Positions 12,271 through 28,530 are shown, counted from the stretch's first letter. The stretch is DNA of 64,000 bases from the human T2T-CHM13v2.0 reference genome, Homo sapiens (GCF_009914755.1 NC_060926.1); one strand, 5' to 3'. Numbers and translations are program-made. The notes: a model not told the origin generated them from the letters alone.

Positions 12271-15200
12271 AAGGGAATAAAACACAGGAATGTAGTTATT
12301 GTTCATCTTTTCTTCTTTACTCATAATAATATATCTTAAATTTATTCCTTTTGGTAAATTAATTACATGTCATCCAATTGCATTAATTTTTTTGGCAACA
12401 TATTAGAAATGTAGCTTTGGCTTTCCAGTTTGCATTGTTTTGGCATTTATCCCAAGGCTACTTATTAGAATTAAAAAGTAAGGGGCAAAAATGCTTGAAA
12501 AATATAAATATCACCTAAATATTTTTTACAGCCTAACAAGTGCTCTATCATTCTTTTAAGATGTAAAAAGTTGCATAATTAAATTAGTTTATCTACTTAT
12601 TAAGGTTGAATCCAGAAAAATTATGAAATTTCTCTCTAATCCTTTTTACATTTGTATCAATTTCCACATTTCCACAATTTCTACAGTTATACCAGCTATT
12701 CAAGAGACACATCTTCAAGTGGGGAGCTAAGTTGGTATTCTGTTCTGCCAGGCATAATCAACATCAGCTCTAGGCAAGTTGCCAGAGAATCAGATAATTA
12801 AGCTTGAAAAAACATAAGATAATATCTTGCTTATTCCCTTTCTTTCAAAGGTTAAATAAGTGAAGTTAAGGGAGTCTGAATAATTATTTGCCCAATATTC
12901 AAAAGTTGTTTTAGTTGAAGGTGCCTTACAGTGGTTTGTAATAAGGTGTTAATTGTGATAGAATCCACACAAATATAGGTTTCACACTTCCTTGATTAGA
13001 AGATGCCTTTCTGTTTGTAACATCTTTATATATGTCTTATAATCAGTGACAATTTATTGATCCTTGCTTTTAACAGGACCATATTTCAACTCAGCCGAAT
13101 TTGAATACAGAAACAGGGTTATGATCATGGAGCTACTTTTAGGAAATTATTATCTAATAATTACCTTAAAATTTTAACCATCACCCATAAAATAATACAA
13201 TTGCATTATCATCTTCAGGTAATATCAGTTTTGGTATTCAATATATATCCCATGACTAGTATAGATCAGCGTTTCTCATACTAAATATCATATAGACATT
13301 TTCTTAAATATTCTCTTGAATACACTAAGTTCACTTGAGGCATAATTTTACTTAAATATGTTAACATCAAACTAATTATACAACCCCATATGCTTATAGC
13401 TCTTATGTAAACACAAACCAAAAAAAAAGAAATCAAATGAAAATACAACAGGCAAAATATCCAAATTTCCCAACTTAATTTAATACAACAGATGATGTTG
13501 CTTTGCTGAAATCAAATCCTATCTCAAACATGAATTTGTTTATGAGTGTTTGTGTGTCAACACTAATCTCCACATGCCTGAAGTTTACAATGACTATGAG
13601 TGCACTATGGTGATGCTGTTCCTCTACCACTTTTTCCAATTTAACTATGTAGCACCTTCATTTATGCAGCATGCCATCATATCGCTTGGCATTAACTTAG
13701 AGTGAACAATCGAGTGTTAAATTTTTATTATTCACAAATAATAAAAGCAGTAGTGTTGGGCACCAATGTGATAATAAACATGAATGTAAACCAAAGTGAT
13801 AAATAGTGGCAACACTAAGTTCCAAATTATCCAGCTGTATGGTTATACAGATGATAAAAATATGCTTAAGATTATTACAGTAATGAAAAGGAAAATTTTG
13901 AATCCCAAAATATACTCAGTGATGACTATGAATACGTCCCAGACACATATGAAAAGTGGTGGAATACATATTTGCTTTGTATGTTATTTCAGGATGACAT
14001 AAGATTAAAAACTTGGTTCACAAAAGCCCAGGTAAGCCTGAATTGCTGGAACCCAGAAGTCAATCTAATTTGTGGATTTTTTCAGTTGAGTGATGGGAAG
14101 TTATTCAGACATAGTAAAAGCATCCAAAGATTTTTATGACACGAAGTAGCGAGTCCAGTGGAAAGGCATGTGGAGGTAGTAACATATAGTGTTAAACATC
14201 AGTAGGTAAACTCAGGAAAGATTTACCTACTCCTGGAAGAGCTGGACTGAATGAATCTGGAAAGGGATTTAGAACTCAGAGGTCTAGCCGCTGGTGTAGG
14301 AAAGGAGCAAGACCTTGGTTTCACATGTCAAGGTGACAACACTGTCCTGAAATTTTGTGTGAGCCAGAAGCAGATGAGGAACAACGCTGAGCAGAAACCT
14401 ATTATCCAAATTTGAGTTAAGCAAAGCAAGATAAGTGGGATAAATCAGTATAAGAGCAAAACTTAAAGAATCTTGATTTGAATTGCAGTTGTAAATGGCG
14501 AATTGAAGGGGCAATTGCAGTTGCAAAAAGGGCAAAATTGAAGTGAAGTTGTAGCAAAAATGAACTGCAAGTTTTTAGACTAATGACACTTCTTTATTTA
14601 CATTTTTAATTATAAGTTGTTCGGCTAGAACATTGCCAACTGAACACAAATAATCTGTAATTATTCCATAAAATATTTGAAATATTTTCTAAACAAGAAA
14701 TGATTCTGCATATTTATAATAAGCAGGTATATATTTAACCTCATACATTAAACCTATTGTCCAAATTACTGAGATATTTTTATTTTTTAAATTAGGGTGA
14801 CTCGGTTCCCCAGAAACATTTCATTCCAAAATCTTTACCAGTAGTCTTGCAAAATAAAAATTGATTTAAATAATAGGAATAATAGGAAGGATATAACAAG
14901 TGCTTGCAACACAAAGGCAAATTTAAAGATACACTGATACATACATATATGCAAACTTTGCCACTAGAAGCACAGTGTGACATTCCACGTAGACTATATT
15001 CTGTTCCATGGGATGAGTCATATATCAGTGTTTCCCATTTCCTGAACTGGATATTGAGCTTTATCCTGTAGATGAAAATTTTAGAATTTCATTAGACGTA
15101 TTTTGATAGAAAAATATTGCAAAAAACCTCCTAAATTACATTATTATAAATTAAAAAAAAATAACCTACATCATCTGGTCCTTTCACACATGGTGCTTCT

Positions 15201-17073
15201 TCTACTTCCCTACAAGCTTCCTTGGTATAGCTTATTAATACTAACAATGTTATCTCCTTTCTAATAACTAACTTTGGAAAGTTTACAAACCTTCCAAAGA
15301 CATACTAGAAATCATACAGGTTATTAGTTCTTTCCAAAGTTGACGTGTCCAGAGAATGCCTGCATTTTCAAAATGTAAACATAAAACAATATTTTTACGA
15401 TAGCTGGAAATGGATTTAATTTCCATGCAATATTTAGTGTAGATCAATTACATGTTTTTCCTCTGATAGAACTGTGTTCATACTGAATTCTAACAAATTA
15501 TTGGGTGATCTGTTCCACAGAGTACAGAAGTTTTGCAAATTCTCGCTTTCTCCCGAGACTTGCAGACTCCCCCAAGTGGATATCTGAAAAATTTAGCCAA
15601 GTGCCTCTAAACAACTCTGACCCTTCATAATGAGCTTTGATCAAACCATACCAACTTTTTTTTCCCCTTTGTTTGAACTGAAGCATAATACAGGAAGAAT
15701 GACTATGTAAATGTGGTAACTTCCCCTTTCTACCATCTATGAGTTATAATTTACTCACACTACTATTGACTCTCTTTCTTCTCTTTTTTCCCTCTTTCAA
15801 AAAGTGAAATCAAACTGTCGGATTTATTTAAGGAGCTTATTATGGATTGCAGGGCCACTGCTACATAAAATCCTACATATGAGACACACAGAGTGGAATG
15901 TATTGCAATCTCGATTCTCAAATAAACAAGTTTCCCAAATAAACACAGTTTATATCAAAGTGCAGTTTGTTCTGACATAGGGGCATCAGAATGTCTGGAA
16001 TCTGCTTTAACCAATTAAGCCTTTCAAGGCAAAGGAAAAATAAAGCCTTCAGTAAATCCATTGAAGGTACCATCTCCCAGCCTCCCACTGCCTGTTATCG
16101 ATCTTTTTAAGTGCCGACTGATGAATCGTATATATATCTGATGGGATGCTCTCACTCCACCACCTCAGAGGGGCTAAACTTACACAAAGAGAGAATCAAC
16201 TGGGTGGGAGGCAGGGTGGGAGGGCACAGCCGGGCTGATGGCTGCCTTGGACCCTTGAAAACCAACCAGAAAGTCTGTCTCCAGGGAATGCTGCAGACCC
16301 GGTTCCCTACTTTCCGTGACAAACCCATTAGTTCGTGTGCAGATTTTTCCATTCAGGTCGCTTCTAGGGCGAACGCTTTTGTTCGCTACCACTCTGTAGT
16401 GCGAGAGGAACTAGAGAGGCATGTAAAGCAAGCTTGAGGCAGCAGCGCCTTTGCCGCAAAGCATCCCTTTCCCCTCAGCTTTAGCAATTTAGGAAGAACT
16501 GAGGTTCTCAGGGGAGGTGGGGTGAGAGGATTGCCAGGAGGAGGGACATATAAATCAGGAGTCCCTGCTTTTACCCTCTACTCACTTGTACTCGCATCGC
16601 CACAACTACCCTCCCCCGAAACTATCATCAACACAAGCACTTACGGTATCTACAAATGTGTGGGAGCAGGGGTGGGTGGGGGGCATATTTTCTTTCCTCG
16701 CCTTTCCCTAAGACTGAACAGGGTACCAGCCTCCATACCAAACACACATTAAATAACAAAATCAAATAAGCCAAACCCAGTGGATAGCAATTATCTTGAG
16801 AAAGAAGCCGCTGCTGGCACCGGCCTGGATTCGCTGCAGTCGGAAGCGGGTGGCTTTCGGTATTGAATTATTAATTTATTTATCCCCCTCGCCCCCACCC
16901 CCACGCCGACTGCCAGGCAAGAAATCGCGGCCTCTTCGCTTCCTCTCCGCCCCCACCTTCCAGGAGTCTCCCACTTGGCGGTGGCCGTCGCGTCCCCGGC
17001 CCTCTGCGGCAGCGGCGCCGCGCGGGGCGCTCCCACTCGCGCTCGGGCTGGCGCGGCCGCGGGTCCCGGCGGC

Positions 17074-17217
17074 GGGGTGGGCGGGGGAGGCAGCGGGTGA
17101 CAGATGTACTCCTCTGACAGCTCTCAGTATCAGCCCAGTGGCTCCCAGCCATTGGCTCAGTGCAATGGACCGGCAACGCCGCTCACTATAATAACACTCA
17201 TGCCTGCCAGCAGCAGC

Positions 17218-17222
<5 letters not shown>
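17074..17222 (+). promoter_or_regulatory. Candidate core promoter: GC box, CCAAT box, TATA-like element; inferred TSS near 17218
   Basis: GGGGTGGGCGGGGG at ~17074-17087, ATTGG (reverse CCAAT) at 17151-17155, TATAATAA at 17187-17194, and a CA dinucleotide at 17217-17218 about 30 nt downstream. The TSS is inferred from spacing only. Confidence 0.6.
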
Positions 17223-17834
<612 letters not shown>

Positions 17835-20800
17835 TGAGATTCAGTTTGGTTTATAATTTACTCATTTTTTTATCTGGTGGGCGTGGGGTGAGAATTGGGT
17901 GTAGAAAAAGGAAGGGGTCTTAGGGAAGCTGTGATCCATGGCTTTGGTTGACACTTCCACAATGCTCTGGACTATCTCACCTCACTCCATTAAGCTGAAG
18001 ATTACCACAGTCTCTCCTTATTTGAAGCAAATGTGTCAACAGGACCTGTTTAAAGAGAAAAGAAAAGAACTCTAACCCCAAGTTACCCCATAACCTCTTT
18101 TGTTTGGCTTAGGAGGCTGAAGGTGAATGAGGATGTGGCTGTCTCTGATGGAGGCAGGGAACCATGTGGCTGGTCACAAGGAGGAAGTGGCGGGATTGAG
18201 TGATGGTCTCAGAAAGAGTTTGTATTCCAGCTCTTTCCTGAAGGACTGATAGCAAACTTCTCCAGTGAGAAGTTGTCTGTGCTAAGCTTAAGAGAGTGAC
18301 TCTAGAACCTTATGCTGTCCACTTTCAGCTATTCACTGTAAAGTGGTGGCGGATATGTGTGAAACACTATCACTATGTCACCATTAGAGCCACTAGGGAA
18401 AACGTGAGGCAGATAGAACCCATGCAGTTGCTGGAAGGTTCTCACTGGATCACAGAGCTTCATTTTTCAGGATCCTAGTCGGAAGAGCACTCCTGATTGG
18501 TGGGAGAAGATGTACTGAGCATTGAGATAGTGCAGGATGATTGCTCCTACTTCTCATCCAAATCCCCCTTTAGCTATAAAACCTCCCTGCAGAACTGACT
18601 TTCATGTATTGGTATGTTTGGAGAACTATACACCTCCATAAAGTAAAAAAGGAAGTAGAATAAAGGCTCATTAGGCTTAGTACTGCAAAGAGTAAAGACA
18701 AAGTAGGGTGGCAATATGAAAATGTATGATTCACTGAAGTCCATGTTTATTAGCAAGCAGCCTCCCTTCCCCTTTCTTACACAGTGGTAACTTAGCCTGA
18801 ATGAGGAGAGTAGAAGTTTAAGGACAGACTCAAATAGTCCAAAAATAAATATAGCGTTCTTGATCGAATTTTCTTTATGTATCTTAAAATATGTTTCTTT
18901 ATGAATAAAGAAAATATGCTGTGATGTGTGTTTTCCAAGAATGAAAAGTTCTCATCTAAAGTTTTACGTAAATTCTTGATGCATTTAATTTCATTCTTTT
19001 TACTTGAATCTCTTGGCTACTTGCTTTCAGCCCACTTAAGACTCACAAAAGCAGGGCTAGTTTGTTTCTTTTATTGATTTTGTGGATGTGGTTGTTGGTT
19101 GTTGTTGAACAAAAGAAAGTGAAAATACTCTTCTGCAGTCTTCTTTAGTAGAGTAGCACAAAGAGCAGTAGCCAAAGGCTAAAGGAGTTATTGAAATTGT
19201 TCTGGCCCCACTTAGAGAAGTAAAAAAGGAAGGTAAAATTTTGGGGGAAAAACTTTCAGTCTGAAGAAAGTACACACTGTTTTTTCAATTAAATTTAACT
19301 TACGGTTAAAGGCAAACTTAATGCACAAGATTTCATTTCCATATTTACAATAATGGTGTAGGTGATAAAATGCATAGTGGGGTTTATAGAAAAAAAAAGT
19401 TATTTTCCAAACCTCAACTTGTTAAAATTCTATAGGTCTTGATTCTCAAGTTAATCTTAGGTTCTAACAATAGTTGAATTTGCTTATGCTGATGTGTTTG
19501 TTGTGTGTTTGGAGTTGGTTCATTCTTCATGACTTATATTTGCAAAAGGTAGGTTAAAGTCTAGATTTACCATTGTAACCTTGTGAGTAAATTGGGTTCT
19601 AAAAAACAGCTATGTAAATGAGATGAATAAACCTAAATATAGACAAACATCAGAAAGAACAAACAAGGATAAAATGGCTTTGAAATAACTCCATAATTAT
19701 CTTAGTTATCATGAAAGAGACTTTAGGCACTTCTGAGCTAGTCCTTCCAGATGATTTTAAAACGGCCCAAGTTTGTATTTCCTGTGTATGAGATTTGCAC
19801 TGACTGAAAAGAAGTAAATTTTCATATATGATGTGAATATATTTGAAACTACTGCTTTACAAGATAATATATTCATCTACTATATGTGCTTTCTAGCCTT
19901 CTCATGAGTATTATTATGGAAAATGATGAGATTTATGCCTGTCTTTAAGTATAACAGAAAATATTCTAGATCTATTCATAAATGAATGATTTCAATTTTA
20001 AAAAGAGCTGTCTATACTCACCCCAAAGTGATTCTTTATAGCACATAGGATGCTATGAGCACTTACATATATGCTAAAACATACTGTCACTTAGAAATAG
20101 GAAACTGGATCTGAAACTTCTAAAAATTAGCAACTCAATAAGAAATACAAACATCATCTTAGAAGGTATATATGCCACATTCTATAAATTTTCAAGTAAG
20201 AATTTATGCTTATCATGGTTTTACAGTTTTATTTTTTATTTTTTAAATTGACAGATAAACTTGTGTTTATCGTGTACAATGATTTTAATCCCAGTTTTAT
20301 GGAGTAATAATTATGATATCTTTCCAACTTTATATTTTATTTTAATATATTTGAATTTTGCCATTAAAAATCATCACATTTTTGTATTTTGAATCGTGTA
20401 CCAAGTTCTAAGGATTTTAATAATATCGCAAATGTTTTTTTTCTTACTTCGGGGAAGTGCAACTTTAAACATAAAATTACTCAGTGAAAAGGTACTTTGA
20501 TTACTGCAAGACCTTTTAGTTAGTTTCTGTCAATAGATACTTAATGGCTATTTGAGAATTTTTAAAATTCAAATTTAGAAAATAATTTTATAATCTTCAA
20601 AAAAATCACAGGATTAATTTAAGTTAGCCTGTAACTGTTAATACAGTCTTCTTTTATGAATTAGATGTTACTTATAGGATAACCAGGGTAATTCATATTT
20701 TAGTGCCAGTGATTAATTGCTTTAATCCTAAATCCAGAACGTTATCCTGCCATTCATATTGAGAAGATAGTCAAAATATATAGTCCCTTCTATAGGTCTT

Positions 20801-22831
20801 ATTATACCACCCAAACATAAAATTTTGGAAAATAAAACAACAACATTCTTGAAGACTAAGCCTCTTGTTATTGTTGACCCTATTTATGAGCTTTTAAATA
20901 TATTCCTTTTGCCAATTCTAATGAAAAACATATAAATTTTCATTTTGCAATGTCTTACAAGCAAAAAGAAAGGTCAACCTATTTATCATGATTTCTGTTA
21001 AAAGCTGCAACATAACTGTGATATAGTTTTAATTTCATAGAACAAGAAATAAGTGAATATTTAGTAGTTCTCCAGAACATTTCTGGATAAGTTATAGGGC
21101 TTAACAGAAAAGAATAAAGTTTATCTTCCATCTAATCTCATTCTTTTTATTTAGATTTTCCCAGTTAATCATTGTGTAAGCAATTGCTTACTGAATGAAG
21201 ACATTTGGTACATCCTTTTTGGAATTGATTTACAAAGTTTGTCTTAATTATATATTTAAATAAATACAGAATATTTCTGTATACTACATATTTAACATGG
21301 AATTTAAATATCCCTTTAATCACTTTAATATGTAATTTGGGATTTGTCTTGGGAAACTTGGAAATCATTACTAATTTGTTCATTACATTCTATTATTTGG
21401 TCAGCATTTTAGTATCTCATAATAACATTATATCTATTTCACTGACTATAGAATTCAAAAGAATCAGTGATAGTTTTGAGGTCACACAATGAGTCAATAT
21501 TATCAAGCAGATTTCCTGACTCCAGACATATTTCCTTTATAATTTATATGCTAAATTATGGAATATCTAGGGATCATTATGATAATATGATTAAGAGATG
21601 GTATTGTGTTATCTGTTTGGTCGAAGGCACTTTATTTTTCCAATTGTCTACAGATGTGGATAAGTAGTGCCAGATTCACAGAATAATTTGATTAAATTTG
21701 TTTTACTACTCATCCTCCACATGCAAATATCACTCATTTCTGTCGGACCTAAATGCCTTGTTTCTGTAGGCTGCCCTGCATTTCTAATATATGAAATACT
21801 ATGTTCCGCAAGAAAAGAACTGCTAATTTACTAATCGGTTCACAAAATATTTGTTATTTAGTTCATTCAAATTTATCGAGGTGCCTCAATTACAAAGCAC
21901 TGTTCTAGGCACCACAGGCTCTGTATTAGGCACTAAATAATACATGCTAAGGAGCATTTTGGGCTGCTCTTGCTCATTTTGAATCTGTTAAAAAAAATAT
22001 TCACATCTTTTGACATGTTTGTAGGTTTCTTGTCACTCAGGACGTTGTCATGTGTGTTAATTTTGAAAAACCTGAAAAAATTCTGTGTTATTTCCCTTGT
22101 GTATATAGGAACACACTAAAATTTGGCAGGCTTTTGAAACACTATTTGGCCTTTTGTTTTAGTTTTCATTATTGAATATAACTTATTTTTCATATAATTC
22201 CTTTGAACATTTTCTAAATCTCTTGGAGAATGTAATTTAAAAGGCTTCTCTTCTCATCGAAACCCATTTAGGTGGCACTTTAAGAGTGTGCATGTAAGAC
22301 TAAAGAGATCAATTGGTGAATTGGTGCTGCTGGAAAAGTTATTATTTTTAGGTTAATGTCCTCAAGAGAGCTCAGGGGTGAGGGTGGATTAGGGTGATAT
22401 CCTAAAATATCTTCATACCTTCCCACTTTATAAACTTCTTCACACAAGCAGTCCAATTATATATTCTTCCAAATTTCATTTAAACTCTTATATATTCAAT
22501 ATTAAAGACCATCTTGTGTTTCAATTTTCTGAACTTAAGGTGTCATATATTCTTGCTCTGTTGGTTTTGAATTCTAGTGAAACTTTACTACATGTCCTTT
22601 TTCAGAACACATTATTCTAGTATCGAAAATAACTGATATTTGAATTAGTGTTATAACACAAACATGCAAGCAGTATTTTAAGGCAAATGTCAAATAATAT
22701 TCATGATTACCACATACTTTTGTTAATTCATTAAATATTGAGTTATGTTAGATAGCTGCAATTTGAATAGCGATATAATGTCTTGACTTCTCACTTCTGC
22801 ACCAATAGTTTCAGGTTATGGATGTCTGCAA

Positions 22832-23157
<326 letters not shown>

Positions 23158-23207
23158 ACATTTTTAATGAAAATACAGATCAGCGAGAATTTCAGGGATG
23201 ACCTAGT

Positions 23208-23425
23208 CTAGAGGTTAATGGAATTATATTCAGGGCCAAATTCAGGCTGCCAAATTAGTTTGTTTAATGTGCACAGTGTTTTAAAATACTTGGGTTGAAA
23301 TGAAGTTGGAAGAAGACACTTCTCCGTTTTCCACTGTCTACGCTACATTCTGTTGCTATGTAGGCTATTCATTTACTTAGGTTACTTTCCTGACCATTGA
23401 AGGCACTTCAGTGTTCCATACCTTG
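23208..23425. mobile_element. hAT-family MITE (MER45/MER102-like)
   Basis: cagggccaaattcaggctgcc...tgtttaatgtgcacagtgttttaaaa...ttactttcctgaccattgaaggcact resembles degenerate hAT MITE ends. Confidence 0.45.
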
Positions 23426-24118
23426 CTTAGTTCGAGGACCGAAGTTTACCTATGTGGAGATAGAAATATTTCTATCGTTATATTTTATTCTGTAGTACCT
23501 GTTTGCCACATATTGCTTGAACTGAATTAACAGTATTCTCCAAGTCAAATATCTAGGATCTCTATCATAATAAGAAATATACAGGGATTTCAGAGTGATA
23601 AATTTTTGCATTTTAAAATTGCAAACTTTTACTTAGGCTACTGGTGTTTTTGGTATTTTGCTGTTGTTTTTGACCTCAAAAAACTAATTTAGAATGTAAT
23701 TTTATTCTTTAATATATACTTATATAAACATGTTACTTTTATATACCATATTTGGGAAATGGTTTATTAAAAGTATTATACATAGTGTAAATCATATTTA
23801 AATACTTGTAGTAATGATATGGCATTGAAATAGTTTCCTATCGTGTCCATTTAACTGAGATAGTACTGTTGAAGCGACTTGCTGTTAGGAGTTTGAGTAA
23901 TCCTACCAAAAAAAGATAGCAGTTATAATCTATGGTGTACTGCAACAAAAATTTATGAAGAAATTACTTATATCTGTTTATCACATTTTTATATTGCTAA
24001 CCACAATAATAAATATAATTGTGTTAGTTTCTCTTCCTAAAAATTTTAACCTAAACCATTTGATCTGTTTTATCTCATTCTAAATTATCTACTGTATCTG
24101 AGAAAATGTTACAATACA

Positions 24119-24483
24119 TAGTAGGACCTTCATATCCATGGGTTCTCATTCATGGATTCAACCACTGTGGATATTTTGAGTATCTCAAATACTCAAAAAA
24201 GAAAAAAAGCACATTGTATTTGTACTTAACTTGTACAAACTTTTTTTTCTTGCCATTATTCCCTAAATAATACAGTATAACAACAGTTTATATAGTATTT
24301 ACATTTTACTGGGCATTAGAAGTAATCTAATCTCCAGAAAATTTAAAGAATAAGGGAGGATGTGTATAGACTATATGTAAATACTACACCATTTATGTAA
24401 GGGACTTGAGAATCTGTAGATTTTGATATATATCCTAGGGGGATCTTAGAACCACTTCCCCATGGATATGCAGAGATAACTGT
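24119..24483 (-). mobile_element. MER2 (TcMar-Tigger) MITE
   Basis: Degenerate TIRs (ccttcatatccatggg ... cccatggatatgcagagataactg) and the internal cattattccctaaataatacagtataacaac motif. Confidence 0.8.
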
Positions 24484-24810
24484 GTACTGTATTATGATAG
24501 TGTCTTCAAGTAGCCATGATTCATTAATTTTATAAATGTATTATAGTACACTTCCTATTACAGTATAAGATTAAGTGGAGTAATAAATAATTAAAATTCA
24601 ATCATGGTTGTCAAAGTAAACAAAATCCATTACCTGAGGTATTACTCTGAATTCTTTCATAATGGTTTAGCACCATTGGAAGAAAGTTATATACTTTTCT
24701 AAATGTAAGTACATTTAATATACTGACTGTTTATGAGGTCAATGGTGTGTTCAAATTATAAGAAAACAGTTTTTCTTAAATAGTATTAGGAAAATTACCT
24801 GTATTAAACA

Positions 24811-25599
24811 TGATGGCTAGTTTTATGTGTCACCTACAATAGTAGCATATTAGTCAATTCTCACACTGCTAAAAAGATATTACCCAAGACCAGGTAATTT
24901 ATAAAGGAAAGAGGTTTAATTGACTCACATTTCCACGTGGCTGGGGAGGCCTCAGAAAACTTACAATCATGGTGGATGGTGAGGGAGAAGCAAGGACCTT
25001 CTTCCCATGGTGGCAGGAGAGAGAAGTGCAAACAGGGGAAATGCCAGATGCGTATACAATTATCAGATCTAGTGAGAGCTCACTTACTATCACGAGAACA
25101 GCATGGGGGAAACTGCCCCTATGATACAGTCACTTCCCTCCCTCAACACCTGGGGATTACAATTCAAGATGAGATTTGGGTGGGGACACAGAGCCAAATC
25201 ATATCACGTAGCCAGTTATTTAATCAAATTCTAATGTAGGTATTGCTATGAAGGTATTTTGTAGAAACACATAATGTGGACAACCAGTTGACACTTTAAG
25301 TAAAGGAGATTACTCTTGATGATGTGGTTTGGCCTGATAACCAGCTGAAAAATCTAAGAGCAAAAACTGAGCCTTTCTGGAGAAAAAATTCTACCTGAAA
25401 ACTTCTGTAACAACTCCTACCTGAGTTTCCAGCCTGTAGGACCTGCCTTCACATTTAAGATTTACCAGCTCCTGCAATCACTGAGTCAGTTTGTTAAAAT
25501 AAATCATAGGTGTGTCTACACACACACACACACACACACATACACACACACACACATATCATATTGTTCCTATGTTTCTGGAGACCCTTAACTGATACA
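24811..25599 (+). mobile_element. MLT2D-like ERVL solo LTR, interrupted by a MaLR LTR; contains (CA)n at ~25518-25556
   Basis: tgatggctagttttatgtgtcac at the start; resumes ccagttatttaatcaaa...taggtattgctatgaaggtattttgtaga; ends tttctggagacccttaactgataca. Confidence 0.8.
24846..25206 (-). mobile_element. THE1D/MSTA-like MaLR solo LTR nested in MLT2
   Basis: tattagtcaattctcacactgcta...aaaggaaagaggtttaattgactcaca...gagatttgggtggggacacagagccaaatcatatca. Imperfect 5-bp TSD agtag/cgtag. Confidence 0.88.
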
Positions 25600-25952
25600 G
25601 TGAAAATCAGTTTATAATATTTCTTTTATAATGAGCTAACTAAATGTTTGAAATGTAAATCTCACTTGGATTTAATAGGAAATAGATGCATTGATATTGA
25701 TAACTATATAGGTTTAAAATTGATAGAGCTGATTGTGAAATTTTTCTGCTATTTTATATACAGGTTTACAATAACTTTATCTGAAATGTTTGCCTGGATT
25801 ACAATTTCTCTCTCTCAATCAACACACCTCAAGCATCTAAAACAACCTCTATGTAAAATGGAGTTATTCTTATCTGTTCAACCCCAACAGCTTACCACAC
25901 ATGTTTATTGTACTTGAAGAAAGTCAAGCTCTCTCTAAATTAGATAAAATAT

Positions 25953-26355
25953 TGTATTAGTCTATTCTCATGCTGCTATAAGGACATAATTGAGACTAGG
26001 TAATTATAAAGGAAAAAGGTTTAATTGACTCACAGTTCTGCATATCTGAGGAGGCCTCAGAAAACTTACAATCATGGCAGAAGGGGAAGCAAACACACCC
26101 TTCTTCACATGATGGTGTGAAGGAGAAGTGCCGAGTGAAGGCCCTTATAAAAGGCCTTTATAAGAGAGAAAAGCCCCTTATAAAACCATCAAATCTGGTG
26201 AGAACTCACTATCATGACAACAGCATGAGGGTAACTGCCCCCATGATTCAATTTCCTCCCACCAGGTCCCCCCCTTCCACCCCCATGACACGTGGTGATT
26301 ATGGGAACTACAATTCAAGATGAGATTTGGGTGGGGATACAACCAAACAATATCA
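25953..26355 (-). mobile_element. THE1C-like MaLR solo LTR
   Basis: tgtattagtc...tatca termini with a perfect 5-bp TSD aatat on both sides. Confidence 0.9.
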
Positions 26356-26504
26356 AATATCTTTTAAAGTTAATTTCAAAAGTTTATACTTTGTTAGCCT
26401 GAATTTAAGCAAATGAGCTTTAAATTGAGATATATAAAATGAAGGACATTCATTTTACAAAACAAAAATGTCTTCATGAAATATACAAAATATGTACAGA
26501 GTTA

Positions 26505-27400
<896 letters not shown>

Positions 27401-28164
27401 CATGAGATGGATGATTGCAAGAGAAGGTAGGAGGACAAGCTTATAAGAGAAGATTATTTCAGGGACATGAGATCCAAAGCTGAGAAGTTTTAGGAATGAG
27501 GTGTCAAGATGGAGCAAAGAGGGCTTGTGCCACATATTACCACATTAGTATAAGGAATTTGGAGGATAAAACATCCACCTCTGGAGAGAGATACAGGGTA
27601 AATAGTGTTTTCAGGAGAAACAGGCTTCACTTAGAGCAAAAAAGAAAAGAAGTTTAACTTCAGTGAAAAGTTTGAATCTACAGAATTTTTTTGATAATAG
27701 ACACTTACGAATTCAAGGAGGACATAGTCCAAGAGTTTTAGGATATGTAGAAATATAGAGATTTGTGTCAGAAAAGAGGATGTAACCTAGCCATATGGAG
27801 AATAAAGTTCAGGTAATGAGGAAGAATTTGGGAGTTCTGGGCTTCTTGTGGTGAACAATGTCACTGGAGATACAGGGTAGGATAAAATTGGTTCTGACAA
27901 TCATACTATTGGTAGTAGCAGCAGTGGAGTGGTGGAGGGAAACAGATATAGGACTGTATGGGCAGCACTCAGAATTTTGGGGCTCACCATTGACTACTGC
28001 TGTGACACTGAATTATGCATGACCCTTTCTCTGAGCTTCAGAGTTCTCTCCTGACTCCTGTTGAAGTGTTTTGACAGAGAGGCGTGATTACTGCTAGTGC
28101 ACAGACTTTCTCCCAGATTCAGCCACTAGGAGTTAAAATTATTAGCAACAATTTAAAAATTAAC

Positions 28165-28530
28165 TCTTTGCCTTTGATTGGGCTTCCATAACAAATTAAT
28201 ATAGACTGGGTGGCTTAAACAACAAATACTTATTTCTCAGAATTCTGGAGTCTGGGAAGTCCAAGATCAAGTTCCTAGCTGATTCCATATCTGGCGAGGA
28301 CCTGCTTCCTGGTTTGCATGTGGTCTTCTCATAGCATTCTCACATGATGGACGACAGAGAGGGAGGTTAGTTATTGTGTCTCTTCTTATGAGGGAAGTAA
28401 TCGCATGCATGAGGGTTCCACCCTCGTGACCCGATTATCTCCCAAAGGCTTCATCTTCTAATACCATCACATTGGGAGTTAGGATTTCAGCATATGTATT
28501 TTGGGGGATACAGAAGTCACATTCATAGCA
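28165..28530 (-). mobile_element. MLT1A-like MaLR LTR
   Basis: gactgggtggcttaaacaacaaa...tctgggaagtccaagatcaag...aataccatcacattgggagttaggatttcagcatatg. Confidence 0.85.

Noticed and set aside
15013-15021. AP-1 site ATGAGTCAT about 2.2 kb upstream of the promoter (other TGASTCA hits near 25.5, 35.0 and 53.7 kb)
   Set aside because: Several such 7-mers are expected by chance in 64 kb; no supporting context is visible in sequence alone.
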